64,000 bases of DNA from positions 14,852-78,851 of the forward strand of contig URNB01000001.1 in the NCBI GenBank assembly GCA_900549055.1, given 5' to 3'. This document shows positions 46,129 through 56,910 of the stretch, one piece after another. The notes under the pieces were generated by a model, which had not been told where the DNA came from, made no database searches, and was given only the letters and a program-made list of their open reading frames with translations. Source of the DNA: an uncultured Oscillospiraceae bacterium. Its GTDB lineage: Bacteria; Bacillota; Clostridia; Oscillospirales; Acutalibacteraceae. A program made the position numbers and the translations under genes. The stretch's first letter is position 1. Each line of letters starts with the position of its first letter.

Positions 46129-47211
46129 ATGAAAAAGTACAATGTCGGTATAATCGGCGCTACAGGAATGGTAGGTCAGCGCTTTGCGCTGCTGCTGCAT
46201 AATCACCCGTGGTTCAATGTGACCGCGCTTGCAGCAAGCTCAAATTCAGCCGACAAAAAATATACCGACGCAATAGGCAGCCGCTGGGCAATGAAAGAGC
46301 CTATACCCGAAAATTTACGGGATATGACCGTTTTTGATGCCGAGCGTGATATTGATAAAATAACCGAACGGGTAGATTTCGTTTTCTGCGCCGTTAATAT
46401 GAAAAAGGACGAAATAAAGGCGCTTGAAGAAAAATATGCAAAGCATGAGTGCCCCGTTGTTTCAAACAACAGTGCGCACCGCTTCACGCCCGACGTACCT
46501 ATGATAATACCCGAAATCAACGCCGGGCACCTTGAAATAATACCCGCGCAGAGAAAGCGCCTCGGCACGAAGCGCGGCTTTATTGCGGTAAAATCAAACT
46601 GCTCGCTGCAAAGCTATGTGCCCGCCCTTTACCCGCTTGATGAAAAATTCGGCGTTGAAAGGGTGCTTGTTTCCACCTATCAGGCAATTTCGGGCGCGGG
46701 CAAGACCTTTGAACGCTGGCCCGAAATGATAGATAACGTTATCCCCTTTATCGGCGGCGAGGAAGAAAAGAGCGAAAAAGAGCCGCTTAAAATTTGGGGT
46801 AAGATAGAAAACGGCGAAATAGTACCGGCAGAAAGCCCGAAATTCACCGCGCAGTGTATTCGCGTGCCGGTATCGGACGGTCATTTAGCCTCGGTTTTCG
46901 TTGATTTTAAAAAGAAACCCACAAAAGAAGAAATACTTGAAATATGGGCAAACTATTCGGGCGAGCCGCAAGCGCTCTCCCTGCCGCACGCGCCCAAGCA
47001 GTTTTTACATTATTACACCGAGGACGATATGCCGCAAACCAGACTTTGCAGAGATTCCGAGGGCGGTATGGCAATATCCGTCGGGCGCTTGCGCGAGGAT
47101 ACGCAGTATGATTATAAGTTTGTCTGTGTATCGCACAATACTTTGCGCGGCGCGGCGGGCGGCGCGGTGCTTTTAGCCGAATTACTGTGTGCAAAGGGTT
47201 ATATGGACTGA
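46129..47211 (+). CDS. asd: Aspartate-semialdehyde dehydrogenase
   Basis: MKKYNVGIIGATGMVGQRF Rossmann N-terminus; catalytic Cys region SNCSLQS; ~360 aa. Confidence 0.9.
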   Translation: MKKYNVGIIGATGMVGQRFALLLHNHPWFNVTALAASSNSADKKYTDAIGSRWAMKEPIPENLRDMTVFDAERDIDKITERVDFVFCAVNMKKDEIKALEEKYAKHECPVVSNNSAHRFTPDVPMIIPEINAGHLEIIPAQRKRLGTKRGFIAVKSNCSLQSYVPALYPLDEKFGVERVLVSTYQAISGAGKTFERWPEMIDNVIPFIGGEEEKSEKEPLKIWGKIENGEIVPAESPKFTAQCIRVPVSDGHLASVFVDFKKKPTKEEILEIWANYSGEPQALSLPHAPKQFLHYYTEDDMPQTRLCRDSEGGMAISVGRLREDTQYDYKFVCVSHNTLRGAAGGAVLLAELLCAKGYMD

Positions 47212-47237
47212 TTTTGTAAGAAACGGAGTGGTCTTTT

Positions 47238-48128
47238 ATGAAAAAACGCATATTCACGGGAGCAGCCACGGCACTTATCACCCCTATGAAAGCAGACGGC
47301 AGCGTAAATTTTGAGCGCCTTGAAACACTTGTTGACGAGCAGGTAAAGGGCGGAATTGATGCGCTTGTGATCTGCGGTACTACGGGCGAAAAATCCACGC
47401 TTAATTATGATGAGCACGTTAAGGTTATTGAAACCGCCGCAAGAGTAAACGCAGGCAGAGTGCCGCTTATTGCAGGCACGGGCAGCAACGACACGGTGTA
47501 TTCCGTAGGGCTTTGCGAGGACGCCGAAAAGGCGGGCGCCGACGCTTTTCTTATGGTAACGCCGTATTACAACAAAACCTCGCAGCGCGGGCTTGTGGCG
47601 CACTACAACTACATTGCCGACCGCGTTAATAAGCCGATAATTCTTTATAACGTGCCCTCGCGCACGGGGGTTGCAATTAAGCCCGAAACCTACAAGGAGC
47701 TTTCAAAGCACCCGAATATAGTAGCCACCAAGGAGGCTAACGGTGATTTATCCTCGGTTGCTAAAACCCGCTATCTCTGCGGGGACGACCTTGATATTTA
47801 TTCAGGAAACGACGACCAGGCCGTAGCTATGATGTCGCTCGGCGGAATTGGCGTTATTTCGGTGCTTTCAAACTTCCTGCCGGGGGTTATGCATAAGATG
47901 TGCGCCGAATACCTTGAGGGGCACACAAAAACCGCCGCAGAAATGCAAATAAAGTATGTGGGGCTTATGAACGCGCTTTTCAGCGACGTTAACCCCATTC
48001 CCGTAAAAGAGGCTATGAATATGTTAGGGCTTGAAGCGGGTCCCTGCCGCCTGCCGCTTTATCCTATGGAGAGTGCGGCGCGCGAGAAGCTTCGCGAAAA
48101 GCTTATAGAGTGCGGCTGCCTTAAATAA
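47238..48128 (+). CDS. dapA: 4-hydroxy-tetrahydrodipicolinate synthase
   Basis: ITPM..DGSVNFE..LVDEQVKGGIDALVICGTTGE, and the Schiff-base Lys region VATKEANG. Confidence 0.95.
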   Translation: MKKRIFTGAATALITPMKADGSVNFERLETLVDEQVKGGIDALVICGTTGEKSTLNYDEHVKVIETAARVNAGRVPLIAGTGSNDTVYSVGLCEDAEKAGADAFLMVTPYYNKTSQRGLVAHYNYIADRVNKPIILYNVPSRTGVAIKPETYKELSKHPNIVATKEANGDLSSVAKTRYLCGDDLDIYSGNDDQAVAMMSLGGIGVISVLSNFLPGVMHKMCAEYLEGHTKTAAEMQIKYVGLMNALFSDVNPIPVKEAMNMLGLEAGPCRLPLYPMESAAREKLREKLIECGCLK

Positions 48129-48198
48129 AAAACAAACTCACTGCACCCGATAGGCTTTTACCTGTCGGGTGCAATTAAAAAGCGGAAGTGAAATACAT

Positions 48199-48954
48199 AT
48201 GATAAAAGTAATATTATGCGGGGCGTCGGGCAGAATGGGCGGCTTTGTGGCAAGCACTGCGGCTGCCGACAGCGATATTTCGGTCGTCGCGGGGGTTGAC
48301 AAAATCAATAACGGCGAAAAATTTCCTATTTTTTCTTCCTTCGGCGATATAAATGTTAAAGCCGATATGATAATTGATTTTTCCCACCCCTCAATGCTGG
48401 AGCCTATGCTTGAATACGCCGTAAAAAACAATATCCCCGTAGTTATTGCCACCACAGGCTATGATAATTCACAGACCGAAAAAATACGCGCGGCGGCTGA
48501 AAATATTCCTGTATTTTTTACATTTAATATGTCGCTCGGCATAAACCTTGTGGCGGCGCTTGCAAAAAAAGCCGCAAAGGTACTCGGCGACGGCTTTGAT
48601 ATTGAAATAATAGAAAAGCACCATAACCAAAAGCTGGACGCGCCCTCTGGCACGGCAATAATGCTTGCGAACGGCATCAACTCGGTTTTCGGCGACACGT
48701 TGAATTATGAGTATGACCGCCACTCGGTAAGGCGCAAACGCCCGAAAAATGAGATTGGCATACACTCGGTGCGCGGCGGCACGATAGTCGGCGAGCACGA
48801 GGTTATTTTTGCGGGGCACGATGAAGTTATAACCCTTTCCCACACCGCGCAGTCACGCGAAATTTTCGCTGTGGGCGCAGTTAAGGCGGCAAAATTCCTT
48901 TACGGAAAGCCCGCCGGGCTTTATGATATGAGCAACGTTACAAATATCGAATGA
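48199..48954 (+). CDS. dapB: 4-hydroxy-tetrahydrodipicolinate reductase
   Basis: MIKVILCGASGRMGG N-terminus and IEIIEKHHNQKLDAPSGTA motif; start set at internal ATG 48199. Confidence 0.9.
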   Translation: MIKVILCGASGRMGGFVASTAAADSDISVVAGVDKINNGEKFPIFSSFGDINVKADMIIDFSHPSMLEPMLEYAVKNNIPVVIATTGYDNSQTEKIRAAAENIPVFFTFNMSLGINLVAALAKKAAKVLGDGFDIEIIEKHHNQKLDAPSGTAIMLANGINSVFGDTLNYEYDRHSVRRKRPKNEIGIHSVRGGTIVGEHEVIFAGHDEVITLSHTAQSREIFAVGAVKAAKFLYGKPAGLYDMSNVTNIE

Positions 48955-48962
48955 GTTTAAAA

Positions 48963-49000
48963 AACGGGCTGTTGTTTTTACACAACAGTCCGTTTTTTAA
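48963..49000. terminator. Bidirectional rho-independent terminator between dapB and the convergent GNAT gene
   Basis: Stem AACGGGCTGTTGT / ACAACAGTCCGTT flanked by an A-run and a T-run. Confidence 0.5.
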
Positions 49001-49001
49001 G

Positions 49002-49568
49002 TTATATTGTGCCTTTACAGTGGGTAACAGGCGCCTGCTTTTCTTTATGCTCGCCTATGATTTTTTCCATCCAAATCATATTGTACCAACGCCCGAACTT
49101 ATAGCCGCATTTATGAAATTCGCCAACCTGCACAAAACCGATATGGCTGTGAAATTCGGCGCTGTTTCTAGTCAGGTATTCGTCCTCGTTATCGGGATAT
49201 CCGATACAGGCGTACATATTAAGAATACCCATCTTCTTAAGCTCTTTTTCCAGCGCCGCATAGAGCGTTTTTCCGATTCCGCACCTGCGGGCATTTTTAT
49301 CAAGATAGATAGATGTCTCGCACGACCAATCGTAAGCTGCCCTGCCAACAAACGCGCCCGCATAGGCATATCCTGCAATAACCCCGTCCTTTACCGCCAC
49401 CAAATACGGGTATTTCTGCATGGTTTTTTCCATTCTGCCGCGAAATTCTTCCAAAGTGGGCGTTGTATATTCAAAGGTTATCGCCGTGTTCTTCACATAA
49501 TAATCGTATATTTCCAAAAGCCGCTCCGCGTCCTTAAGCTCTGCATTTCCGACAGTGATCATAAGCAT
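49002..49568 (-). CDS. GNAT family N-acetyltransferase (phosphinothricin-acetyltransferase-like)
   Basis: GNAT acetyl-CoA motif RRCGIGKTLYAALEKELKKMGI; start moved to the internal ATG (MLMITVGN), which gives a typical ~188-aa length. Confidence 0.7.
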   Translation of the reverse strand: MLMITVGNAELKDAERLLEIYDYYVKNTAITFEYTTPTLEEFRGRMEKTMQKYPYLVAVKDGVIAGYAYAGAFVGRAAYDWSCETSIYLDKNARRCGIGKTLYAALEKELKKMGILNMYACIGYPDNEDEYLTRNSAEFHSHIGFVQVGEFHKCGYKFGRWYNMIWMEKIIGEHKEKQAPVTHCKGTI

Positions 49569-49878
49569 TTGCCTTTCTGATAATAATTGCCTTATAATTA
49601 TAACATAAAGCGTATCCAATGACAATACAAACCGCCGACCAGATTTTACTACTGCTTGCTTTTTCTTAACTTCTTGTGTTATTATATTCATGTGAAGTTA
49701 CTTCCTTTCGATATTTGGTTTTGTGGTAAAAACATTATACCGTATTTGGAAGTTAACTTCTCTTTTTATCAGCCCGCATCATTTTAACACATAAATGAAA
49801 ACCATACAAAAGCTTAACACCGACTTGAAAAATGCGGCGGGCGGTCATATAATGAAAGATACACAGGAGGAGAGATTT

Positions 49879-50583
49879 ATGCTTAAAATTGAAAATCTTA
49901 CTAAAGTATACGGTGATAAAAAAGCCGTGGACGATTTAAGCCTGCACATAGCCCCCGGCGAAATTTACGGCTTTATAGGTCATAACGGCGCAGGAAAAAC
50001 CACCACGCTTAAATCCGTTGCGGGAATTTTGCAATTTGACTCGGGCGAGATATACATAAACGGAAAATCTGTAAAAGAGCAGCCGCTTGAATGTAAAAAA
50101 GATATTGCCTATATTCCCGATAACCCGGATCTGTACGATTTTATGAGCGGAATTAAATACCTTAATTTCATAGCTGATATTTTCGGTGTCGGCGCAGAGG
50201 ACCGCGCGGCGCGCATTAAAAAATATGCCGATACCTTTGAGCTGACCGAAAGCCTGGCAGAGCCTATTGCCGCCTACTCCCACGGAATGAAGCAAAAGCT
50301 TGCAATAATAGCGGCGTGGCTGCATACCCCGAGGCTTATAATAATGGACGAACCCTTTGTGGGACTTGACCCGAAAGCCGCGCATATCCTTAAGAAAATG
50401 ATGCGCGAGGAATGCGATAAGGGCGGCGCAATTTTCTTCTCAACCCACGTTTTGGAGGTCGCCGAAAAGCTTTGCGATAAGGTTGCCATTATAAAGGCGG
50501 GCAGGCTCATCCGCTCGGGCACAATGGAAGAAGTAAAGGGCGATGAATCCCTTGAGCAGGTATTCCTTGAGCTGGAGGATTGA
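49879..50583 (+). CDS. ABC transporter ATP-binding protein (ABC-2/exporter type)
   Basis: AGGAGG RBS before ATG 49879; Walker A GHNGAGKTT, signature YSHGMKQKL, Walker B LIIMDEP. Confidence 0.85.
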   Translation: MLKIENLTKVYGDKKAVDDLSLHIAPGEIYGFIGHNGAGKTTTLKSVAGILQFDSGEIYINGKSVKEQPLECKKDIAYIPDNPDLYDFMSGIKYLNFIADIFGVGAEDRAARIKKYADTFELTESLAEPIAAYSHGMKQKLAIIAAWLHTPRLIIMDEPFVGLDPKAAHILKKMMREECDKGGAIFFSTHVLEVAEKLCDKVAIIKAGRLIRSGTMEEVKGDESLEQVFLELED

Positions 50584-50585
50584 GT

Positions 50586-52178
50586 ATGGTTAAAATACTT
50601 CTTAAAAAGCAGCTTACCGAAATATTCCGTGCCTATTTTTACGACGCTAAGAAAAACAAAGCCCGTTCCAAAGCGGCAATTACGGGCTATATAGTGCTGT
50701 TTGTAATTTTAATGGTCGGTATTCTCGGCGGAATGTTCACCTTTTTGTCGGTTTCGCTTTGCGGCGCACTGACGGCGGTCGGCTTTGACTGGCTCTATTT
50801 TGCGATAATGAGCTTGCTTGCAATATTTCTCGGCGCTTTCGGCAGCGTGTTCAATACCTATTCGGGGCTCTACCTCGCAAAGGATAACGATCTGCTTTTA
50901 TCTATGCCCATACCCGTGGGCACTATTATGGTTTCCCGCCTGCTCGGGGTCTACCTTATGGGGCTTATGTATTCGGGCGTGGTGCTTATTCCCGCGGCAG
51001 CGGTTTATCTTATAATCGCGTCGCACAGCCTGCCTGCCGTTATCGGCTGCGTTTTGCTTGTGCTTTTAATTTCGGTTTTTGTGCTTACCGTTTCAAGTGC
51101 GCTCGGCTGGGTAGTGGCAAAAATAAGCTTAAAGCTGAAAAACAAAAGCTTTATTACCGTAATAGTGTCGCTGCTGTTTTTCGGGGCTTATTATTTTGTA
51201 TGCTTTAAGGCGCAGGATATTATAAGCGATTTAATAGTGAACGCCGCGAAATACGGCGATAAGATAAAAGGCTCGGCATACCCCATTTACCTTTTCGGCA
51301 GAGTGGGAACGGGTGATTTTATGGCAATGCTTATTGTTTCGGCAGTTGTTTTGCTGCTGTTTGCGCTTATGTGGGTGCTTATTTCCCGCAGCTTTTTGAA
51401 AATTGCAACCGCAACGGGCAAAACGGCAAAGAAAAAATACCGCGAGACCGTCGCTCGGAAAAAGAGCGTACAATCGGCGCTTTTGCACAAGGAGTTTTCG
51501 CGGTTTGTATCAAGCCCCAATTATATGCTAAACTGCGGGCTGGGAATTTTGCTGCTGCCGGTTTTGGGCATAGCTCTGCTTATAAAGGGCAATACGCTTA
51601 TGCTTGTAATGAATGAGCTTTTCGGCAAAAATTCGGGCAGCGCGGTTATACTGCTGTTTACCGCGGTGTGCGCAGCCGCCTCAATGAATGATATGGCGGC
51701 GCCCTCAATTTCGCTTGAGGGTAAATCGCTTTGGACCCTGCAGTCGCTGCCGGTAAAGCCGCTTGACATATTGAGGGCAAAGCTTAATATGCAGCTTATT
51801 TTAACGGGCGCGCCGGTTATAATTTGTATGCTTTGCGCGGCGTTTATGTTTACTCCCCTGCAATTTGTTTCGGCGTTTGTTTCGGCGCTTACATTCGTGC
51901 TGCTTTTGGCGCTTTTCGATTTGTTTGTAGGGCTTAAAATGCCCAACCTTAACTGGACGAGCGAAATAACTCCGATAAAGCAGAGCGGCGGAGTGATGAT
52001 AGCAATGCTCGGAGGATTTATTTATACCGTAATCTATTGCGCACTGTTCTTTATGGTGGGCTACAAGCTCGGCGCGGTGCAGTTTTTGCTGGCTGTTGCC
52101 GCAATTAATTTGATTTTGTCTGTTCTTATTTATTTGTGGCTTAAGAAAAAAGGAACTGCTGTTTTTTCTGCACTTTAA
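50586..52178 (+). CDS. Multi-pass membrane protein, putative ABC-2 permease partner of the upstream ATPase
   Basis: GGAGG RBS 8 nt before ATG 50586; at least 10 predicted TM helices; directly coupled to the ATPase gene. Confidence 0.6.
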   Translation: MVKILLKKQLTEIFRAYFYDAKKNKARSKAAITGYIVLFVILMVGILGGMFTFLSVSLCGALTAVGFDWLYFAIMSLLAIFLGAFGSVFNTYSGLYLAKDNDLLLSMPIPVGTIMVSRLLGVYLMGLMYSGVVLIPAAAVYLIIASHSLPAVIGCVLLVLLISVFVLTVSSALGWVVAKISLKLKNKSFITVIVSLLFFGAYYFVCFKAQDIISDLIVNAAKYGDKIKGSAYPIYLFGRVGTGDFMAMLIVSAVVLLLFALMWVLISRSFLKIATATGKTAKKKYRETVARKKSVQSALLHKEFSRFVSSPNYMLNCGLGILLLPVLGIALLIKGNTLMLVMNELFGKNSGSAVILLFTAVCAAASMNDMAAPSISLEGKSLWTLQSLPVKPLDILRAKLNMQLILTGAPVIICMLCAAFMFTPLQFVSAFVSALTFVLLLALFDLFVGLKMPNLNWTSEITPIKQSGGVMIAMLGGFIYTVIYCALFFMVGYKLGAVQFLLAVAAINLILSVLIYLWLKKKGTAVFSAL

Positions 52179-52301
52179 AGCGCAGATGATAGGAAGGCGG
52201 GAAAGAGCGCACTCTTTCTCGCCTTCAATCTGTCGATAAACCCTAAAATTTGTTTTTGCGGCGGTAACGCTGCATTTTTTTGTTCCGAATTCCGCATTAA
52301 A

Positions 52302-53792
52302 TCAGCCTCCGTTTCTCCCGCCGGAGAGCCGCTTTACCGTGCTTATAAGCTCGTCGGTTATATCATCGCCGCTCATTCGCCACTCCCAGTTGCCGTAGGG
52401 TACGCCGGGGGTGTTCATTCGGGCGGAGGAATCAAGCTGCAGCCAGTCCTGCATGGGTATTATCACCATTCGCGCGCGCGAGCGCATACCTGCGGCAATA
52501 AGACTCAGTACCGCCGAGCAGCTTTTATCGGCGGGCACCGTGCCCGAAAACATTATTTTTTCCTTTTGCGTTGCCTTTTCAAACCAGCCGCGCACGGTGT
52601 CGTTATCGTGTGTGCCGGTGTAGCAAACGCAGTTTTTATCGTAGTTTTTAGGCAGGAACTGATTATCAAGGTCAGTGTCAAATGCAAACTGCAATATTTT
52701 CATGTTGGGAAAGCCCGTGTCTTCAATAAGTTTCTTCACCTCTGGCGTGTCCCCGCCTAAATCCTCGGCGATAATTTCCGCCGAAACCGCGGGCTTCACC
52801 ATGTTCCAAAAGGCAAGCCCGGCGCCCTTTTCCCATTTCCCGCTTTTGGCGTTTTCTGCGCCGTAGGGTATTGTATAATAATCGGCAAAGGCGCGAAAAT
52901 GGTCAATTCTTATAACATCGTAAAGCCGCGCATTATGCGCAAGGCGTTTTTTCCACCAGTCGTAGCCGTCGGTCTTCATTGCATCCCAATCGTATATCGG
53001 GTTCCCCCAAAGCTGACCCGTTTCCGAGAAGACATCCGGCGGTACGCCCGCCACCTGAGTTGGGGTCATATCGCGCCCCAGCTTAAACAAATCGGGGTTG
53101 CTCCATACGTCCGCACTGTCCAGTTGAATGTAAAACGGAATATCGCCTATTATTTTAATTCCTGCGGTATTTGCGTAATTTTTAAGCTTCATATATTGCT
53201 TAAAAAAGAAATACTGAACAATTTCGCATATTGTAATTTCTTCTGCGTGGGCGGTTTTAAAGGCTTTCAGGGTGTTGGGCAGGCGGTATTTAATGCCGTC
53301 ATCAAGCTCCGAAAGGCTTTTATTGCGCGCGGACGCTTTTACCGCCGTAAACAGCGCATAATCCTGCAGCCAGTAGGCGTTTTCGCGGCGAAAATCGCGA
53401 AAGCCGCGGTCCTTGCGGTTGAAGTTTTTCGCAGCGCGTCTTATCAGCGGCAGCTTGAATTCCCGCGCGCGCTTATAATCAGCATTCTGCGAAAAGGCAC
53501 TCTCGGGAATATCGGCAGGGGATAAAAGCCCGTCGTTTACAAGCTCGTCAAGGTCTATTAAAAGCGGCTCGCCGGCAAAGGAGCAAACCGAGCTGTAGGG
53601 CGAGTTACCCTTGCCGACGGGGCACAGCGGCAGCAGCTGCCAGTAGGTCTGACCGCTTTTTTTAAGAAAATCGACAAATCTGTAAGCCGCGGTGCCGAAT
53701 GAGCCGATACCGTAGGGGGACGGCAGCGAGGTGATATGAAGAAGTATTCCGCTCTCTCTCGGATATTTTGTATCGTTACCCCTTAACAGCAC
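52302..53792 (-). CDS. malQ: 4-alpha-glucanotransferase (amylomaltase, GH77)
   Basis: ESGILLHITSLPSPYGIGSFG N-terminal signature and GH77 motifs; GTG 53792 (RBS AAAGGGG 9 nt upstream) preferred over TTG 53801. Confidence 0.9.
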   Translation of the reverse strand: MLLRGNDTKYPRESGILLHITSLPSPYGIGSFGTAAYRFVDFLKKSGQTYWQLLPLCPVGKGNSPYSSVCSFAGEPLLIDLDELVNDGLLSPADIPESAFSQNADYKRAREFKLPLIRRAAKNFNRKDRGFRDFRRENAYWLQDYALFTAVKASARNKSLSELDDGIKYRLPNTLKAFKTAHAEEITICEIVQYFFFKQYMKLKNYANTAGIKIIGDIPFYIQLDSADVWSNPDLFKLGRDMTPTQVAGVPPDVFSETGQLWGNPIYDWDAMKTDGYDWWKKRLAHNARLYDVIRIDHFRAFADYYTIPYGAENAKSGKWEKGAGLAFWNMVKPAVSAEIIAEDLGGDTPEVKKLIEDTGFPNMKILQFAFDTDLDNQFLPKNYDKNCVCYTGTHDNDTVRGWFEKATQKEKIMFSGTVPADKSCSAVLSLIAAGMRSRARMVIIPMQDWLQLDSSARMNTPGVPYGNWEWRMSGDDITDELISTVKRLSGGRNGG

Positions 53793-54606
53793 CCGCCGCA
53801 ACCCCTTTGATGATATATTTTTGCATGGAAAGATAGAAAATAATTACCGGTATGACAGACAGCACAAGCATTGCCATTAAAGCGCCCATATCAACCGAGC
53901 CGTAGCCGCCCTTTAAATACTGCACGGCTATTGGTATGGTTTTATAATCTCTGCCTATAACAAGGTATGGCAGGAGATAGTCGTTCCATATCCACATAGT
54001 GTTGAGTATCGCAACGGTTATGGCCGTGGGCTTTAAAATGGGAAATACTACCCGCCAAAATGTGCCGAGCGGCGAGCAGCCGTCAATAGTGGCAGCCTCT
54101 TCAATTCCCAGCGGCACAGTTTTAATAAAGCCCGAATACATGAATACCGAAAGCCCCGCGCCGAAGCCTAAATAGATAAACACAAGCCCTATCGGGTTAT
54201 CAAGGCTTAACACATTGGCGGTTTTCGACATTGTGAACATTACCATTTGAAAGGGCACTATCATTGAAAACACGAGCGCATAGTAAAATAATGATGAAAA
54301 CACACCCTTTACCCGCACTATATACCATGCGCACATAGAGGTGCAAACGGTGATAAGCGCGATTGAGGCGACGGTTATAAAGAGCGACCAGCCGAAAGCT
54401 ACGGGAAAGCCGGTTGTTTCAATACCCGTGGTGTAATTTGAAAAACCGGCAAACTCCGCTCCCATAGGAACGGTAAAAGGTGACGCCGCAATGGAAAACT
54501 TTGATTTAAAGGAATTCACCGCCACAACGACAACCGGGAAAATAAAAGCGGCGGCAAGGGCGATAAGCAGTAAAAAGGCAACCGCATTAAGCACTTTTCT
54601 TTTCAA
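53776..54606 (-). CDS. Maltodextrin/carbohydrate ABC permease (MalG-like)
   Basis: EAA loop EEAATIDGCSPLGTFWRVVFP; six TM helices. Confidence 0.85.
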   Translation of the reverse strand: MKRKVLNAVAFLLLIALAAAFIFPVVVVAVNSFKSKFSIAASPFTVPMGAEFAGFSNYTTGIETTGFPVAFGWSLFITVASIALITVCTSMCAWYIVRVKGVFSSLFYYALVFSMIVPFQMVMFTMSKTANVLSLDNPIGLVFIYLGFGAGLSVFMYSGFIKTVPLGIEEAATIDGCSPLGTFWRVVFPILKPTAITVAILNTMWIWNDYLLPYLVIGRDYKTIPIAVQYLKGGYGSVDMGALMAMLVLSVIPVIIFYLSMQKYIIKGVAAGAVKG

Positions 54607-55452
54607 TCAGCTTTCAACCTCTTTTCTGCGGGTCAGGCGCAGCTGAAGCAGAGCTATAACCGCCACTATTATAAAGAATATGACGGCTTTAGCCTGTCCT
54701 ACGCCCTCGTAGCCGTTCCTTGAATAAAACGTGTTGTAAATATCAAGCGCGACCATCTGCGTCCTGTCGCCGGGTGCGCCGGCGGTAAGGGCTAGGTTTT
54801 GGTCGAAAAGCTTGAAGGAATTTGTTATGGTTAAAAACAGGCATATGGTAACAGAGGGCATAACCGACGGTATTATAATTCTGAAAAGGGTGGTAACCGA
54901 GTTTGCACCGTCAACCTTTGCCGCCTCTATAATATCCCCCGGGATATTCTGTATTCCCGCTATATAAATTATCATCATATAGCCTATCATTTGCCAGTGC
55001 ATAAGAATTACAAGTCCCCAAAAGCCGTAGGTCGGGCTTGAGGTTATAGAGTAGCCGTACTTATAAAGCACGCCGTTTATTATTACCTGCCAAATATAGC
55101 CGAGCACTATGCCGCCGATTAAATTCGGCATAAAAAACACGGTGCGGAAAAAGTTTGTGCCGGGCAGCTCCTTTGTGAAAAGCAGCGCCAGCAAAAACGC
55201 GAAAACATTTATGCCTATAACCGATATTACCGCAAATTTAACGGTAAACCACATAGCGTTTATAAAGAGCTTATCGTCGGTAAACGCGCGCACATAGTTT
55301 GAAAAGCCCACAAAGGTTGCGTCGGTTACGGTTCTGAACTCGGTAAAGGAAAGCACAAGCCCCATTACAAACGGCACCGCAAAGGCTATAATAAACGCTA
55401 TAAGCGTAGGCAGCACGAATATGGGAAAATAGTGTTTTACCGTTCTGTTCAT
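54607..55452 (-). CDS. Maltodextrin/carbohydrate ABC permease (MalF-like)
   Basis: EAA loop IEAAKVDGANSVTTLFRIIIP; multi-TM. Confidence 0.85.
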   Translation of the reverse strand: MNRTVKHYFPIFVLPTLIAFIIAFAVPFVMGLVLSFTEFRTVTDATFVGFSNYVRAFTDDKLFINAMWFTVKFAVISVIGINVFAFLLALLFTKELPGTNFFRTVFFMPNLIGGIVLGYIWQVIINGVLYKYGYSITSSPTYGFWGLVILMHWQMIGYMMIIYIAGIQNIPGDIIEAAKVDGANSVTTLFRIIIPSVMPSVTICLFLTITNSFKLFDQNLALTAGAPGDRTQMVALDIYNTFYSRNGYEGVGQAKAVIFFIIVAVIALLQLRLTRRKEVES

Positions 55453-56790
55453 TTAGGCGCGTTCACTCTTCCATTTTTCGGTTATGCTTTTTTCAACATC
55501 CTCCCACTTTTTATCGCCCTGAACATAATCGAGCAGCGCGCTGCCCACTTCCTTTTTGTAAGCCTCACTCGGGAATGAGGTGAAAATCCACGGCACGGTG
55601 TTAAGGCTGTCGTCGTTCATATAGCGCACAATTTCCTTTGCGAGAGGGTCGTCGGGCTGCTCGTTTTGTGAGAATGTGGTAAACGGTGTAATGAAATTCA
55701 GCTTTTCGGTAACATAGCGCTTGCCCGTATCGCTAGAAAACAGCCAGTAAAGGAAGTCAAGCGACTGATCCTGCAGTTCCTTACTTACCTTTTTGTTTAT
55801 TGCAAGGTAGTTTTCGGTGCCTATGCAGATACCCTGCTTTTCTTCGCCGTCAATTCCCGTATAGAGCGGCAGCATTTTAATATCGTCCCGTTTAACGGTA
55901 TTGCCCGAAACGCCCGAAATCTGCGACCACGCCCAGTTGCCGTTCTGAATCATTGCAACCTTGCCGAGCGCAAACTCCGCCATTGAATCGGCAACCGATT
56001 TTGAGCCTAAAAGCGTAGGCTTGGTAATGGAATTGTTGATATAAAGGTCGAAGAGCTTTTCAAAGTTATCCTTATACTTGAATTTGATCTCCTTTGCGGC
56101 AAGGCCTGTAAGGGTTGCGTCCTTGCCGTTTTCCTTTTCGGAGAATTCATAATATAGAGGAACATTTAAAAGATGGGTCTGCCAGCGCCAGTCCTCGCCG
56201 TTTGCAAGCGAGGTAGAGGCGAAAACGCCCTCAATGCCTAACTCTTTCAGGTGCTTGGACATATCCTCGGTTACTTCTTTTAATTTCGCAAAATTGTTTA
56301 TCTGGTCGGCGGAAGTAAGCGCCGATTTTTTATCCTTTAAATCGAAATACTTTTTCATAATGGCGTTGTTGTATATAATTCCGTAGCCCTCAACAACATA
56401 AGGAATACCGTAAACGCCGTTGCCGTCCTTAATGGCGAGTGATTTATCGGATAAAATGTCATACAGCTTGCTGTCCTTTAAATCAAGGCAGTAGTCTTTC
56501 CAGGAATCATAGCCGATAGGTCCGTTGATCTGGAAAATCGTAGGTGCGTTGGATTTTGCTATTTCGGACTTTAAGGTCTGCTCGTAGCCGTTTGCGGCGG
56601 CGGTTACCACCTTTACCTTAACGCCCTTTTCTTCCTCATATTTCTTTGCCAGCTCCTCATAAACCGTTGCGGATTCGGGCTTGAAATTAAGGAAATACAC
56701 TTCCGTTGTTTTTTTCTTGCCGCAGCCCGCCATTGTAAGGCAGGAAAGCGCGCAGAGAAAAGACGCTATTAAAGAAATCGCTTTTTTCAT
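55453..56790 (-). CDS. Carbohydrate ABC transporter substrate-binding lipoprotein
   Basis: Lipobox LSCLTMAGC; SBP family-1-like body; heads the operon with malQ. Confidence 0.8.
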   Translation of the reverse strand: MKKAISLIASFLCALSCLTMAGCGKKKTTEVYFLNFKPESATVYEELAKKYEEEKGVKVKVVTAAANGYEQTLKSEIAKSNAPTIFQINGPIGYDSWKDYCLDLKDSKLYDILSDKSLAIKDGNGVYGIPYVVEGYGIIYNNAIMKKYFDLKDKKSALTSADQINNFAKLKEVTEDMSKHLKELGIEGVFASTSLANGEDWRWQTHLLNVPLYYEFSEKENGKDATLTGLAAKEIKFKYKDNFEKLFDLYINNSITKPTLLGSKSVADSMAEFALGKVAMIQNGNWAWSQISGVSGNTVKRDDIKMLPLYTGIDGEEKQGICIGTENYLAINKKVSKELQDQSLDFLYWLFSSDTGKRYVTEKLNFITPFTTFSQNEQPDDPLAKEIVRYMNDDSLNTVPWIFTSFPSEAYKKEVGSALLDYVQGDKKWEDVEKSITEKWKSERA

Positions 56791-56850
56791 AATATACCTC
56801 CTGATGATTTCTTTTAATAACTTTCCACAAAAATACGGAAAAATTCAGTC

Positions 56851-56879
56851 TTGCTTATTTTCGGAAAAAATGTTATAAT
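56851..56879 (+). promoter_or_regulatory. Sigma-A promoter (-35 TTGCTT, 17 nt, -10 TATAAT) driving a short leader upstream of degV
   Basis: Consensus -10 and exact 17-nt spacing; no plus-strand gene upstream. Confidence 0.5.
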
Positions 56880-56910
56880 AAACCCTTGGAAATAAAGGAA
56901 ATTCTAATGT

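Noticed and set aside
46907-47603. Minus-strand ORFs (163, 134 aa) opposite asd/dapA
   Set aside because: They are antisense to conserved biosynthetic genes.
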